This document shows positions 1 to 15,340 of a DNA stretch of 64,000 nt, one piece after another. The stretch lies in the NCBI RefSeq assembly GCF_009914755.1, contig NC_060936.1; one strand, 5' to 3'. Each line of letters starts with the position of its first letter. The stretch's first letter is position 1. Source of the stretch: the human T2T-CHM13v2.0 reference genome, Homo sapiens. Below the pieces are notes generated by a model, which was not told the origin of the DNA, ran no database searches, and was given only the letters and a program-made list of their open reading frames with translations. The position numbers were made by a program, and so were the translations under genes.

Positions 1-819
1 ATCCCACATTTATCTGTGTGATCATTTAGTTGGTGCCTGTGAAGTTTTTAACATGAGTTCCACTGAACCCAAACTGAGAAGGCAAAAAGCTTAGATGGGA
101 AAGATTACATCTTTATTTTTATTTATTTACTTATTTTTTGTTGTTTTGTTTTGAGACCCAGTCTTGCTCTGTTACCCAGGCTGGAGTGCAGTGGTGTGAT
201 CATGGCTTACTGTAGCCTCACCCTCCTGGGCTCAAGCAGTCGTCCCATTTCAGTCTGCAGAGTAGCTGGGACCACAAGCATGCCACCACACCCAGCTAAT
301 TTTTTTTTATTTTTTGTAGAAACAGGTTCTTCCTATGTTGCCCGGCTGGTGTCAAACTCCTGGGCTCAAGTGATCTTCCTACCTCAGCCTCCCAAAGTGC
401 TGAGATTACAGGCATGAGCCACTGTGCCTGGCCAAAATATCTTTATAAGTTCCTAACTGAAAATTTTTATTTCCCTCAATTATCACAGGCAACAAATTAA
501 CAATTTTAACAGTACCTTGACTTTGTCATTAGGAAATAGTACAGATATGTGCATATTACATTAAACCTATTACAGATTTCTTAATATACTGTTAAGCTCA
601 TCACAACTTGGAAATTTTGACACTATTGGGCTTGCTGCCAGGTCTTTTTATTACTATCAGTAATTTTAAAAATGATTTTTCTAGTTGCATTCAATATAAT
701 TGGCTTCCTTTGTAATCCCATGTATTTAATTCTATGCATCCGTAACATTCTGAGGAGGAATCCATGGCCTTCACCAGACTGCCAAAAGGTCCATGGCACA
801 GAAAAAGTTAAAAACCCCT
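1..819. mobile_element. hAT-Charlie DNA transposon remnant interrupted by an AluJ
   Basis: Terminal ...ccatggcacagaaaaagttaaaaacccctg resembles a Charlie1-type end. Confidence 0.55.
110..433 (-). mobile_element. Alu (AluJ-like)
   Basis: Dimeric Alu sequence with T-rich tail on +. Confidence 0.9.
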
Positions 820-1714
820 GTGCTGGGCTGTAATTTTCATTCAGCAGGGGCTGAATCTATTTTTGTTCATTTGTGTATCCCCAATACTCAGTGCTTAGAG
901 AAAGCACTAAAAGATACTTACTAAAGAAATAAAGAATTTTTTCTAGATAAGTGAATAATCATAAATACTAACCTAACCTGTTCTAGCAGGTTAGGCTTAA
1001 GCCAACAAGGAATTGAGGAAAATCAATTTAGATATCTTTGCATCAAGAGCAGCTTTATGTACAAAGTACATATTTTTAAAATCTGGCATCTGTATTTCGG
1101 CTTTAATACAAAATAGTAACAGCATTTATTGAGTCTTACTAAGTGCCAGGTGCTATTATTCTAAGTGCTTTAGATGTATTATCTTATTAAATTTAATTCA
1201 ATTTTCACAGCACCCATATGAAGCAGGTGCTATTATTACTGCTGTTTAACCAATGAGGATGAAGAATACTTAAGTTCACGCAGATAATAAGTGGTTTTAA
1301 ATGTCAAGCCCTCTTACTCCAGACCTGGCACTTGGCCACAATTCTATATACTCAGTACCTCTAGATGTTCAAGACCTCAAAACACTAGCTGCATGCAATG
1401 GCCAACAGGTTCACACTATTATACTAAACCAATGCTAGATTCAGCTGAATTACCGTGCTTTTTCACCAAATAATGTTTAATGTATTTTTTTTGAATCACC
1501 TGCCTCAATTATTTTCCCATTACTCCTGAAGTTGGTGAAAGTAGAAGCAGCTTCTCCCTTCATTTATAGATGGAGAAAACAAAGGGGCTAAGAGTAAAAT
1601 GACTCAGGCACATCAATAAGCCACTTTGGGTCAGGTGACACAGACAAAAATTTAAAAATCCAATTCTTGATCTGACTGCCGCAAGGGACTCTAAGACATG
1701 ATGACATCCCTTAC

Positions 1715-1970
1715 CTGCAGGAGACTGCACACAAAGATATTGTAGCAAAGAAGGCTCTTTGGTGCTTTCATTTTCTTTTGAAGGCTTTTCAACATCTGTA
1801 TTTCTTGAAGGATTTCCCCACTCAGAAGAAACAAGAGAGTTTGCTGTTGCCTTTCCTGAAATCTCTTCTGCAGCAGGGAGTTGGCCATTCACATGAATGT
1901 CTTTGAGGGGTATAGATGCCCTGTTACCCATAGTCTTGGGAGAGGCAAGGTCTGTGGAATCTGAGGGTTT
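1715..1970 (-). CDS. E2F7: E2F7 exon 11 (KPSDSTDL...SKENES...VQSPA); gene continues beyond base 1
   Basis: GTTTAG|AA acceptor, CAG|GTAAGG donor, 256 nt, phase 0-1; ORF 1560..1931. Confidence 0.96.
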
Positions 1971-2027
1971 CTAAACACAACCAAACCAGGAAGCAAGAAA
2001 GTAAGTTAAAATTCCAGTAGTAAATCT

Positions 2028-2298
<271 letters not shown>

Positions 2299-2302
2299 GT
2301 AA

Positions 2303-2603
<301 letters not shown>

Positions 2604-3662
2604 TGGGATTAGTAAATCTTAATAACAGCTTTCTTAATATTGCTAACACATAAAGGTAGCATATAGCTGCGTGCCACACTGATTTGTGTATGTCAGAGGT
2701 TTCCACTGTATTTGTAGGAATGGTCTGAAAAGGTCATGTCCTGTGCATTGATAGTATTGTGATTTCGAAGTAGAGAAATGAAAAGAGATTTTAGCAATGG
2801 AAAACTGGCCATGGTGGTTAGACTGTGAAATATATTTCTGAGCTAGTAACACACATAAAGGGTGTTGATACTAGTCTTTTCGGGTCTTATAAGAACTGTG
2901 GGCTGGCCCAAGATGTCTTGGTTACCTAAGACATATGCCAGTCAGTCTTTCACTTCTGATCTGCAACCCCAGGCTATCTACAAAATGAGAAAAATTCACT
3001 CTGGTAAGAGAAAAAAAATAGAGAAAGGTTCTTAATTATTGTAATGATTTCCACGAAGTGTGCCCAGCCTACCTACTGCAGACCACTGTAATGACAGTGC
3101 TCCTGCTTTCTGGATTTACTGGTCATATCTCATTAACCTCTGAATGGCTACTAAGCAGGAGATGTGGACAGCTCATACTTTTGTTCTTTTCATTTTGAAG
3201 CTAGGGAAACAGGATCACTGAACACTGAAGAGAAGTGACCAAGCATAAGATCTGATAGCCAGACAGCACCCACATTCCTCCCTCTGGAACTCAGCTGCAT
3301 CCTGGATTAAGATGTTTATTTCAGTGATCCTAATTTGTTTTAAAAAAAGGATGTAAAAAAGACTGGATGGAAATATATAAACATGTTAATAGTGATGCCT
3401 CTATGTGGTGGGATTCTGGGTAACTCTTCTTTATACTTTTTAGCATTTTATAGAAAGTGTGAGTTTTATAAAAATCACCTTTCTTATGCACTATTTTAAG
3501 GCAAGATTTTTGGCAGAGCCACTCCAGTGCTTAATTATGCAAGTGACATGAAACAGCTCCATATTCCAGACTCCATTGCTTATTAATATCAGTGTATCTT
3601 CATTAGGAAGAAGCTCAGGGCTAACAGGATGTCACCAGACACATCCACCTGCACTCCCTTAC

Positions 3663-4164
3663 CTTGGGCATGACAAGCGACAGCGGGCCGTCTTCATATT
3701 CCCTACTTTGCCTTTTAGTGGCTGGCTCATCCTCCTCCTGAGGTTTCCTCTCCTCACAGAGGCGCTTCTGAGCTGAGGGTGCAGATGACAGCTCTACTGT
3801 GGCTGGGGCTTCTGAGCTTCTGTCATCCCTCTCTGACCCTGACCCTGACGCTGGTCCCTCCTGCAGACTTCCATACAGCATGAACAGTGAGGCAGAGGGC
3901 ACATACACTAGAGGCTGGCCAGCAAGGAGTGCTGGCTTCAGGCTCTCCACAGCAGAGGCTGCAGAAGCAAGTGAGACATCCACTTGTCCATTCAGACCGT
4001 TCTGCATGGAGAATGCCTGCAGGTCCGTCTGAGCAACAGAAAATACTGGGTGGGCTAAAGGATTAACACAATATTCTGGGTCAACAGAGAGGACAGGGAA
4101 AGGAGCAACAGGATCCAAGCTGCTTGATGGAGGCACCACTCTCTTACTGGCAAAGGCTTTTCCC
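3663..4164 (-). CDS. E2F7: E2F7 exon 10 (GKAFASKR...GPLSLVMPK)
   Basis: TTATAG|GG acceptor, AAG|GTAAGG donor, 502 nt, phase 2-0; ORF 3621..4241. Confidence 0.96.
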
Positions 4165-4921
4165 CTATAATAAAAAAGAAACGTAATGAAGTTAGCACAT
4201 TCTACCAACTCCTGACCCTTTACTTTCCCAAAGACAGCCATGCCAAATCAAGAATGAGATAATACTCCTCAGGCAGATACGAAAGCGCACTTGCTGAGCA
4301 CGTGTTAGCTCATCCCAGAGTTAGACGCCCAGGTATGGCCTGGATAAATGGTTAGGATGGGGTGGGAGAGCCGAAGTGGGAAGAGCCATTGGAATCTCAG
4401 GTGAGAGTGAACATTCATTCCTCCTTCATCTCTTCCACATCTGATAGTTATCAATTATCAAGCACTTACACCCTTGCCAGGCATGTACATACTATTATAA
4501 TTAGCATTAATAGTATAACAATTTTATGCAATTATTATAATAATAGCTACTCTCATTTCCCCAGTTTACTAGCGAGGAAGACTGAAGCGCAGAGGTTGAT
4601 CACCCTGCCTCGGGTGAGCCAGCTCTGAAGTGAGAAGCTGGGCCCCATGCCCACATCTGTTTGATGGCAAAACCCATGTTCTCAGTGACTGTGAGAGACG
4701 CTGGGAGAGTAACAGAGACTGGACTTTGATTTAAAAAAAGATTAATCTCATTTGTCTCATTTCACAAATCCAGTATGAAAGAAATGAAGTGGACAGTGAG
4801 GAAACAAACTTATCTTCTAAATTATTATTTTCTGTCATTCTTGTCCCATTCTGCTCGGTGTTATTAACAAAATTTTAGGCAGCACACAATCAAAATTAAG
4901 TCCCATAAATGTACAAGTTTA

Positions 4922-5070
4922 TAGGCCAGCAGGGTGGCTCATGCCTCCTGTGGGGGGCCTAGGAGGATTGCTCGAGCCCAGGAGTTTGAGGCTGCAGTGA
5001 GCTACGATCACGCCACTGCACTCCAGCCTGGGTGACCCTGTCTCTAAAATAAGAAAATGAAATAAATAAG
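4922..5070 (+). mobile_element. Alu monomer (FAM/FRAM-like)
   Basis: Single-arm Alu-like sequence with A-rich tail. Confidence 0.75.
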
Positions 5071-5189
5071 ATATAAACAATGTTTGGGCCTTTTGTTTGG
5101 AAAAATTTCCAAATATTTAAAACCATGTTTATGTTCTTAGTATATTTTTAGGAATAGAGAAGAACGATCCTTTAAGAAATAGGAACAGA

Positions 5190-5580
<391 letters not shown>

Positions 5581-6881
5581 TCATGGAAGACCTGTTTTGC
5601 CTACCATCTCACTGCCTACTGCGCTGCTGAGAATAAAATGCAGTACCCTGGGCCGCAGAGATGAGTCATCTCTCCAATCAGCTGCCTCTGGTTGAGTAAT
5701 GGGTATTGCTCAGCTCTGTGAAACTGAACATGCCCACCCTGGGTATATCACCCACCATCCCTCCACCCAGCCATCCACCTTCAACTTCTCCATCTCCACC
5801 AATGACATCACTATCACCTGACATGCAGACATTCTTTCTGATGCCTGTCTCCTTTAGCGAGCCCTGCCAACTCACTGTCTCACACTGGTTTCCCTTTCTT
5901 TCCACCTCCGGTGAGCACAGCTCAGCTCTGCCCTACAGCAGACCAGAACGACTACAAATGCTCTGTTCTGTGGCCTGTCTTTCTCTACTCCTAATCCCAC
6001 CTGCAAAAAGTAGCCAGGATGATCTTCATCAGTGAACCTCCAATAGCTCTTTATGGTTTCCCTGATGAATCCAACTCTTCTCTGGCTTTCAAAGCTTTTT
6101 GCCAACTTGACCTACTTGCCTCCAACACCTAACCTCTTTTGCTGAATGATTTTTCCTTTTCCTGTCCTGTTTGGACAAACCATGACAGCAAAACGAGCCA
6201 GGCTTTGGTATCTTCTGCTCCCTGGCCCTGCCTTGTAATCTGCTTCTTCCCACATCTGTTGTTAAACACTTTTCTAATTACTCTGTTTAGCGTTTCTTCT
6301 GCTTTCTCTGGTGACACATGATTTCTTTCAAAATTGGGCCCCAAATTTAAGTCAGACAGCCTGGGTATGAATCCCAGCTTTGTCACCTATTAGCAATGTG
6401 ACTGGGCAAGTTACATAACCTTTTTGCACTTCAGCTTCCTCTCTGTAAAATGAGGGTAATACCTCTCTGTAAAACCTCAAAGGATTGCTCTTATGATCAG
6501 ATGAGTCAATATACACTAAGGCTCCTGGAACGGTACCTGGTAGTTAGTGGCAAAACCAACTATGATAATGATGAAGTGATTCATGGAACTCTGATACTTC
6601 ATTTCTCAGGGTCATGTTAATTATGAATTGTCTCTTTTCCGTGTTGGTCTTTTTATCTTGTTCCTATAAGCCATCATAGCTTACAGGATACATTTTTCAT
6701 ACTTTTGTATCCCTGATGCTACTTCCTGCACAGTGTAGGGCACAAAGAGAAAACTTACCAATTCCTAACAAATAAACGGCTGACCTAAATTTTTTCTTTT
6801 GATGGGTGGCACTGCAATTTAGTCAAAATTAACACTAGGAGATAGAAAAGAATACACTCTGAGCTTTTATAGACTACTTAC

Positions 6882-6954
6882 TGTGAATTGTCTTCTATTT
6901 TCTGTCTATAGACAGCTGCCAGGCTTCCAATTTCTAAAGAGTAGCCACCTGATC
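6882..6954 (-). CDS. E2F7: E2F7 exon 9 ([25 protein letters not shown])
   Basis: TTTCAG|GA acceptor, ACA|GTAAGT donor, 73 nt, phase 1-2; bridges the frames of exons 8 and 10. Confidence 0.94.
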
Positions 6955-7148
6955 CTGAAAAGGAAGATGAAGGCTTAACAAATATAGCAAGAGACTTATA
7001 CATACCAACTATATACTGAGAATTATCTAGCTGAGAATTCATTATTCTCAGCTCAAAGATTACTCAAATCTGTTATGGTTTTGATTCAAAGAGAAATTTT
7101 CAGTAGCTAGCTGTTCATGAATTCAGGTCTCATTAAGAATTCAAAATA

Positions 7149-7368
7149 AGCCTGGGCAACACAGGGAGACCCCGTCTCTACAAAAAACGAAAAATTAGCC
7201 AGGCATGGTGATGCATGCCTGTGGTCCCAGCTACTTGGGAGGCTGAGGTGGGAGGACTCTTTAAGTCTGAGAGGTCAAGGCTGCAGTGAGCCGTGATCAT
7301 GCCACTGTACTCCAGCCTGGGTGACAGAGTGACCTTTCTCTCAAAAGAAAAAGAAAAAGAAAAAAGAA
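7149..7368 (+). mobile_element. Alu (AluJ-like), partial
   Basis: End of left arm, right arm and A-tail. Confidence 0.85.
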
Positions 7369-7688
7369 GTATTTAAAACAAGCATTGCTTTAAGTCTAAT
7401 GAATTTCTGAGATACATCAAATAGGGTCAACTATGCCAAACCAATTGGTCTACAAGGTGACTAGGATCAATTTTAGGCAAGGGGTCATGTTCATAGACTG
7501 TGATATCAGCATCTCCTTTGCTTCCAATAATTGTTTCACTTCAGCTAAGTAAAAAGTAGACCACTGGAAAAAACAGCCAGGGCTGAGAGTCAGTTTGTTT
7601 TAAAACGCCAGCACGTGGGTGCTGCACTGGCATGGGCTACAGCTACATGGCAACTGATGGACTCCATAGATTATGCAAGGGCAGATAC

Positions 7689-7874
7689 CTTGTTCTTCTC
7701 TGTACGGGCTGCTCGGTTCTGAGTTCACTTTCCTCTGGATCCTCTCAGAAGCCTGAACTGTGTTAAAAGAACCATGGCGAGCCAGCTTCTGTTTTGCACA
7801 GACTTGAATCTGGCCATATGTTTCTCTTTTCAATTCTGGTAAGACAGATGCAGAAACATCCACCAGTTCTTCAT
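7689..7874 (-). CDS. E2F7: E2F7 exon 8 (DEELVDVS...LARHGSF...REEQ)
   Basis: ATGTAG|AT acceptor, AAG|GTATCT donor, 186 nt, phase 1-1; ORF 7600..7863. Confidence 0.96.
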
Positions 7875-10227
7875 CTACATAAACGAGAGAATTGGTAGTG
7901 TTGTTATACAGCTGTAATTCAGGATAATTTTCGTCTATTTAAGAGATGGCTTTGAACCTATAATTGTAATGGAGCTATCACCCTATAAATCAAAAACTAA
8001 GATAATCAAAGGAATTTTATGAGCCTTGTCTCAAACCCCAATTTCTTTCAATGTACTTTTTTTTTTAAGTTAGTGGATGACTATAAAATGAGATTGAATC
8101 CATATATATTCTAAAATTATCTGAATTGCAACAGAAGTAGAGCAAGATGTTCTTCAACCCGAATTAGAATGAGCCTCACATTTTAGATGCTCTATTTGAG
8201 CAGAGAGTATCAAAGGAAAGCCCGACCATGCTCAGCCCAACATGCATATTTTGAGATTCACTTTCAAGATTAATTGAGATCAGCTTCCTATGCCACAGAC
8301 CTACAGCAATGAATAGGAGAATCTCTATTTTCTGTGATGCTTTATTATTTCTTTCTTATGCAGTAGGAGGCTCAGTTACTACGTGACCAAAGGAATAAGG
8401 TCAGCAGAAACCTCATGGTTGAAATGCTGCAGAACAGTGAGATAATAAAAGGTTAGGCCCTGGAGACACAGTTTGTGTTTAACGGAGTATATGTGGGGTT
8501 AAGACACAACTTTCTATATAGACTGAGGCAGCTATCCTTGTTGTACAGACAGTCATCTCTACCATATTCATTTGTGCTGATGTTTTTCTAAGCTCAAAGC
8601 ATGCACATTTTAGTTAGAGGATTGATTTAATAAACTGAAAGGCCCAGCTGGACTTATATTTTCTAAAACATGCGCTTTCACATTAATGCAACTTAAAAAT
8701 GAAAAACAACAACAAAAAGTCACCTTCACAGTTTTCTTTTTCTTACAACAAAAGCCCAATTAGAAAAATCAGAAATTACGAAATCAAAAAGAAAATAGGT
8801 CAAGTCAGTAATAGGGGCCATATCTGCCTCCTTCTTGAAACAAAATATTGGACATAATGCATAAAACTGTGGCTCTCAACACATTTGGACATCAGGACAT
8901 GAAGGACAGTGATCTCTGTGAGACAGGAATCAAATAGGGTGAGCTCTATAATGATTTTTGCTTACTGCCTGGAGAATGTTTCTAGGTTGGGATGAAGGGA
9001 GGGGGACCTAGACAGAGACTGTAGGTCTCCCTAAGTTGAGGATAGAGCTGGGAGTCCTGGAAAGTCAAGGCAGCTAGGGTTTGCAGGGCAGAATGCTGGA
9101 GAGGGGAGCTATACAGAAAGAGAATGCTGGGGATTTGCAAAGGTCCAAACTGAACCTTCAGTGGAGTACAGATGCATGTGAGAAAGATACCCAAGGCCAG
9201 GGAAAGGACCATTCAAAAGCACTAGAGGGTACAATGCAGCTCATATAGGACTGGGAAAAGTGCCTGTTGCCAATGGCTACAGTAGAAAAACCTCCTAATT
9301 CAGGAGGCATTTGTTAGTGTACTAAAAAGGGTGTTGCCCCAGTAATGGGGAAAACGTACTAAAGACTAAAAGCTGATAGAGTCTTGCTAAGCCAAACTTA
9401 AAAGCAAGACCCAAAAGCATCACTGTTTCCATGTAACTTCACCACATCCCAGAACAAAGCTCAAGAACATTTTTAGGAATACAGAAATGTCTATCACCTA
9501 ATAATGTATAATTCTCAGTGTCTGGTATACAACTGAAAATATTACCCACAATGAGGAGAAAAATCAATTGAAATGGACCCAGAAGTGACGCAGATGATAG
9601 AGAAGTAGACCAGCACACTAAAACATATACTAGTATTGCATACCATAAATTCAAGACACTAGGGGAAAGACTGGATATGTTAAGTCTTAGAGACATCAAA
9701 AATATAAAGGCTCAAATCAAACTTCTAGAGATTAAAAAAATACAGTGGGGGGATGAAAAATACAGTGTATACATTTAATGGCAGATTAGAAATTGTAGAA
9801 ATAAAGAATAGAGAACTTAAAGACACAGCAATAGAAACTGTACAAAAATGAAACGAGAAAAAAGACAGAAATGAACAAAGCAAACTGTGGGACAACTTTA
9901 GGTAACCAAAAGCAAGCATAAGTGGAATCTGTAAAAATAGGAGGGGACAGGAAAAATACTTGATTAAGTAATGGCCGAAAATTTGCCAAATTTGATGAAA
10001 ACTTTAAACCCAAAGATCCAAGAAACGCAACAAAACCAAGTACACAAAACATGAAGAAAAGGACACCAAGTCATACATCATCAAATCGCTTAAAACCAAT
10101 CATAGAGAGAAACTTAAAAGCAACCAGGGAAAAATGCCATGTTACATATAAAGAATAGGATGATGGTTGATTCCCTGCCAGAAACTATGCAGGCTAGAAA
10201 ACAGTGGAGCAACTTCTTTAATAAAAG

Positions 10228-10912
<685 letters not shown>

Positions 10913-11158
10913 TTACCCAGCAAAAATGTTTTTCAAAAGCAAGGGCACAATAAAGACATTCTCAGACATACAACAGCTAGAAGAATTCATCATTGGCAGG
11001 CTTGCACTAAAAGAAATGTTAAAGTTCATCAGGCAGAAAAAAATATTAGATGGAAACTTACATTTACAAAAAAATGACAAGCACTGGAAATGGTAACAAC
11101 ATGGGTTAGGGTTAGACAATTTTCTTATTAAAGTTTCTTCAAAAGGTAATTAACTGTG

Positions 11159-11297
11159 GGCCAGGCATAGTAGTTCACACCCCTAATCCTAACACTTTGG
11201 AAGGCTGAGGCGGGTGGATCACTTGAGCTCAGGAATTCGAGACCAGCCTGGGCAACATAGTGAAACCCTATCTCTACCAAAAAAACAAACAAAAAAA
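11159..11297 (+). mobile_element. Alu left monomer (FLAM-like)
   Basis: Left-arm sequence followed by A-tail. Confidence 0.8.
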
Positions 11298-13840
11298 CCC
11301 CAGTAACACACTATGGGGTTTGTAACATATATAGCAGTAAAATGTTTGACAACAATGGCACAAAGGCCAGGCAGGGAGAAATGAAAGCAAGTTATTGCAA
11401 GATTCTTGTACAATACATGTAGTATACTATCACTTGAAAGTAGACTGGGACAAATTAAAACTGTATACTATAAACCCTAAAGGAACCATTAACATAACAC
11501 AACAAAGAATTATAGCCAAGAAACCAACAAAGGAGATAAAATGGAAGCATAAGAAATACTTATAAATCCAAAAGAAAGAAAAAGAGGAAAAAGAAACAAT
11601 AAGCAAATGGGACAAACAGAACACAAATAGCAAGATGACAGATTAAAATCCAAGTAGATCAAGAATCATATTAAGTATAAATGGTCATTAAATAACCCAA
11701 CTGAAAAGCATAAATGGTCAGATTAGATTTAAAAAAATTCAACTATATACTGCCCACCAGACACTCACATTAAATAGAGACAGAAATTATTTAAAGGATA
11801 AACAATATATATTATGCTAACTAATAAAAAGAAAGCTGAAGTGACTATATCACTATGAGACAAAGAAGATTTCAGAGCAAAGAATTATCTCCAGGAATAA
11901 AGAGGGTCATTTTATAATGATAAAAGGGTCAGTTCATCAAGAAGACAGTGATCCTAAATATTTATGCAGACAGAGTTCATGATAGAGCTTCAAAATCCAT
12001 TCCACAAAACTTTAAAGAACTGCAACAAGAAACAGACAAATCTGCAACTATAATCAAGATTTCAATATCCATCTATCAATAATTGCTAGAACAAGTAAAC
12101 ATAAAATCAGTAAGAATATAAAAGAACTGGACATTTATAGAACGTTCCACCAAACAACAGAATATATACTCTGTATATTTGTGTATATTTACCAAGATGG
12201 ACTCTATCTGTACCATAAAACAAGTCTCAATAAATTTAAAAGATTCAAGTTATACAAAGTATATTCTCTGGTTACATTAAATGAAATTAAAAATCCCTAA
12301 GAGAAAGGTATGTGGAAAATCCCAGAATATTTAGAAACTATATGTTACATGTCTAAATAATTTGTGGGCCAAAGAAGACATCAAAAGGGAAAATACAAAG
12401 TATTTTGAATTGGAAGACAATGAAAACACACATATTGACATTTGTTAGATACAGCTAAAGCAGTACTGAGAGGAAAATTTATAGCACTAAATGCTTATTG
12501 GAAGAGAAGAAAGGTCTCAAATTAATGATTTCAGCTTCCACCTTGAGAAACTAGAATAAGAACTCAAAGTTAACTCAAAGTTAAAGGAGCTATAAAGAGA
12601 TAATCTGAATAGCTCTATAGCTATTAAAAAATTGTAATCTGTAGTTAAAAACCTTCTCACATAGAAAGTTTTTAACTACAGATAAAAACCAGACCCAAAT
12701 GACTTCACTGGAAAATTATTTATTTATCAATTCTTCACTGATAAATTCTTCCAAACATTTAAGGAAAAAATAGTAACAATTCTACACAAACTCTTCCAGA
12801 AAACTGAAGAGGAGTAACTACTTCCCAGCTTGTTTTAAGAGGCCAGTATTAGCATGACACCAAATAGACAAACAGATCAATGCAGCAGTTTGGAAAGTCC
12901 AGAAACATTACCATACATATATGTCGTCAATTTGTTTTTAATAAAAGCACAAAAGAAATTTACTAGAGAAAGGATAATATTTTCAACAAATGGTGCTGGT
13001 ACAACTGGATATCCATATGCAACCTCCCATCCCCTCAGAAAAGCACCCCATTGATCCATACCTCACACCACATGTGTGATCTTGTGTTAGGCAAAGATTT
13101 CTTAGATAAAAACTGAAAGCATGTCCCACTAAAGAAAAAATTAATAAAAACTAATACATTAGTGGACTTCCTGAAGATTAAGATCTTCTGATTTTCAAAA
13201 GACACTGTTAAGAAAATGAAAAGACAAAGCCACAGATGGAGAGGAAATATTTGGAAATCATGTATCTGATAAAAAGACTTGTATGCAGAATGTATATACA
13301 ACTCTCACAATTCAGTAATAAGAAAGCAAACAACCCAATAGCAACAAATGGACAAAAAAACTGAGCACACACTTCACCAAGGAAGATAAACAGATGGCAA
13401 AACAGATGTTTAACATCATTAATCACTAGAGAAATGCAAATTAAAACCAAAATGAGATACCACTACACACCTATCAGGATGGCTAAAATTAAAAAGACTG
13501 ACCATATCAAGTTTTGGCAAGATATGGTTGAACTAGAACTCTCATATACTGTTGGTAGGAATGTAAAATGTTATAACTGCTTTGGAAAACAGTTTGGAAG
13601 TTTCTCAAAAATTTCAAACATCCACCTACCATACGATGCAGCCTTTCCATTCCTAGGTATTTACCCAAGAGAAATGAAAACATATGCCCATACAAAGACA
13701 TGTACATAAATAATCACAGGAGCTTTATTTATAATAGCCTCTTCAGTAATAAAAATAAATTACTGAAACATGCTACAATATGTATCAATCTCAAAATAAT
13801 TATGCTGAGTGAAAGGAGCCGGACCAAAAGAGTACAGGTT

Positions 13841-14451
13841 ATAGTTGATTCTCATTATTCACAGTAGTTATGTTCTATAAAGTCACTGCAAACACTGAAT
13901 TAGCAAATACTGACCCATTGCTTCTAGGGGACATAAAGGGTTAGGTTCCTGTGAGCCTCTGGTTACAATATTTTCATAAGCTGATCAATATATGACCTTG
14001 TTTATGTGTGTTTCTTTTTAAAGAAACCTTGTTTAATATTTGTTGTTGATTTATTAACATTGAACTTGGCCAACAGTACTGTAACTCATGCCTGATCAAC
14101 GCTTATATAACACATGTATATTCTCCATAAGGCACAATGCAGCTTTCTTGTGCTAAGAAACACTAGACAGCAATATTTGGGAGCCAAAAAGCACAAAAAT
14201 GTGAAAAAGTGGCACTAAAAAGACTGCAAACAGAATGCTGGCTTATGGTATGAGAGCTGGAACAAGAAGGCAGAGTACCGCCTGATTCATCTGGGAACAA
14301 GTGCATTGGGAGACCCAAATTCTCCACCAAGCTGTGCATGACCACAACTGACTGTGGAAACACCCTGAGTACCGACTTTGGAGTTAAAAGTACATTTTAG
14401 TAAGTAGACAGATTTGCAAATATGAAATCTGTGAATAACGAAGATCAACCA
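13841..14451. mobile_element. MER82-like TcMar-Tigger element inserted in the L1 3' end
   Basis: Inverted ends agttgattctcattattcacag ... ctgtgaataacgaagatcaacc; internal similarity to remembered MER82. Confidence 0.75.
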
Positions 14452-15044
14452 TACATGATTCACTTACCAAAAAATTATAGAAAATACAAACAAACCCAGA
14501 ATGACAGAAAGCAGGTCAGTGGTTGTCTGGGGATGGGAGTGGGGACCAGGAGGGAGGAATTACAAAGGGGGCAGGAGGAGGCTTTTGAAGGTAATGGATA
14601 TGTTCATTTTCTTGATGATTTCACAGGTACATACCTATGAAAAACTTATCGAATTGTAACTTTAACTTCCTGCCATTTATTGCATATCAATGATGCCTTG
14701 ATAAAGCTGTTAAAAAGAAAACACTATTCGTAATACACTGTACCCTGCTGGTAGGAAAGAAGAGGAGAAAGACATTTATGAAATTTGTGAGGAATTGCTA
14801 GCCAAGGGGTGAAGGAGAGTGGCTCAAGGAATCAAAGGAAACTTGATGTTATCAGTAATGAAACTAGGGAATACAGAAAGATCAGGTTTCTGGAGGGCAG
14901 AGAAAATACGTTCAATTTAATATTCCTGACTTGCCTCCAAAGTCTTTCTCTCATGTCAAATCAGAGTTCTCCCAGTTCTGTCCCTCCGTGCAAATACACG
15001 AACTCCTCGACTTCTCAACAGCCGCTCATCTTCCAGCTATCTTA

Positions 15045-15340
<296 letters not shown>

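Noticed and set aside
972-995. Short hairpin CCTAACCTG/CAGGTTAGG, and AGCTGAGAAT/ATTCTCAGCT at 7029-7053
   Set aside because: Stems of 9-10 bp are too short for pre-miRNAs and have no supporting context
5661-5669. AP-1 sites TGAGTCA/TGACTCA here and at several other positions
   Set aside because: A 7-mer is expected several times by chance in 64 kb
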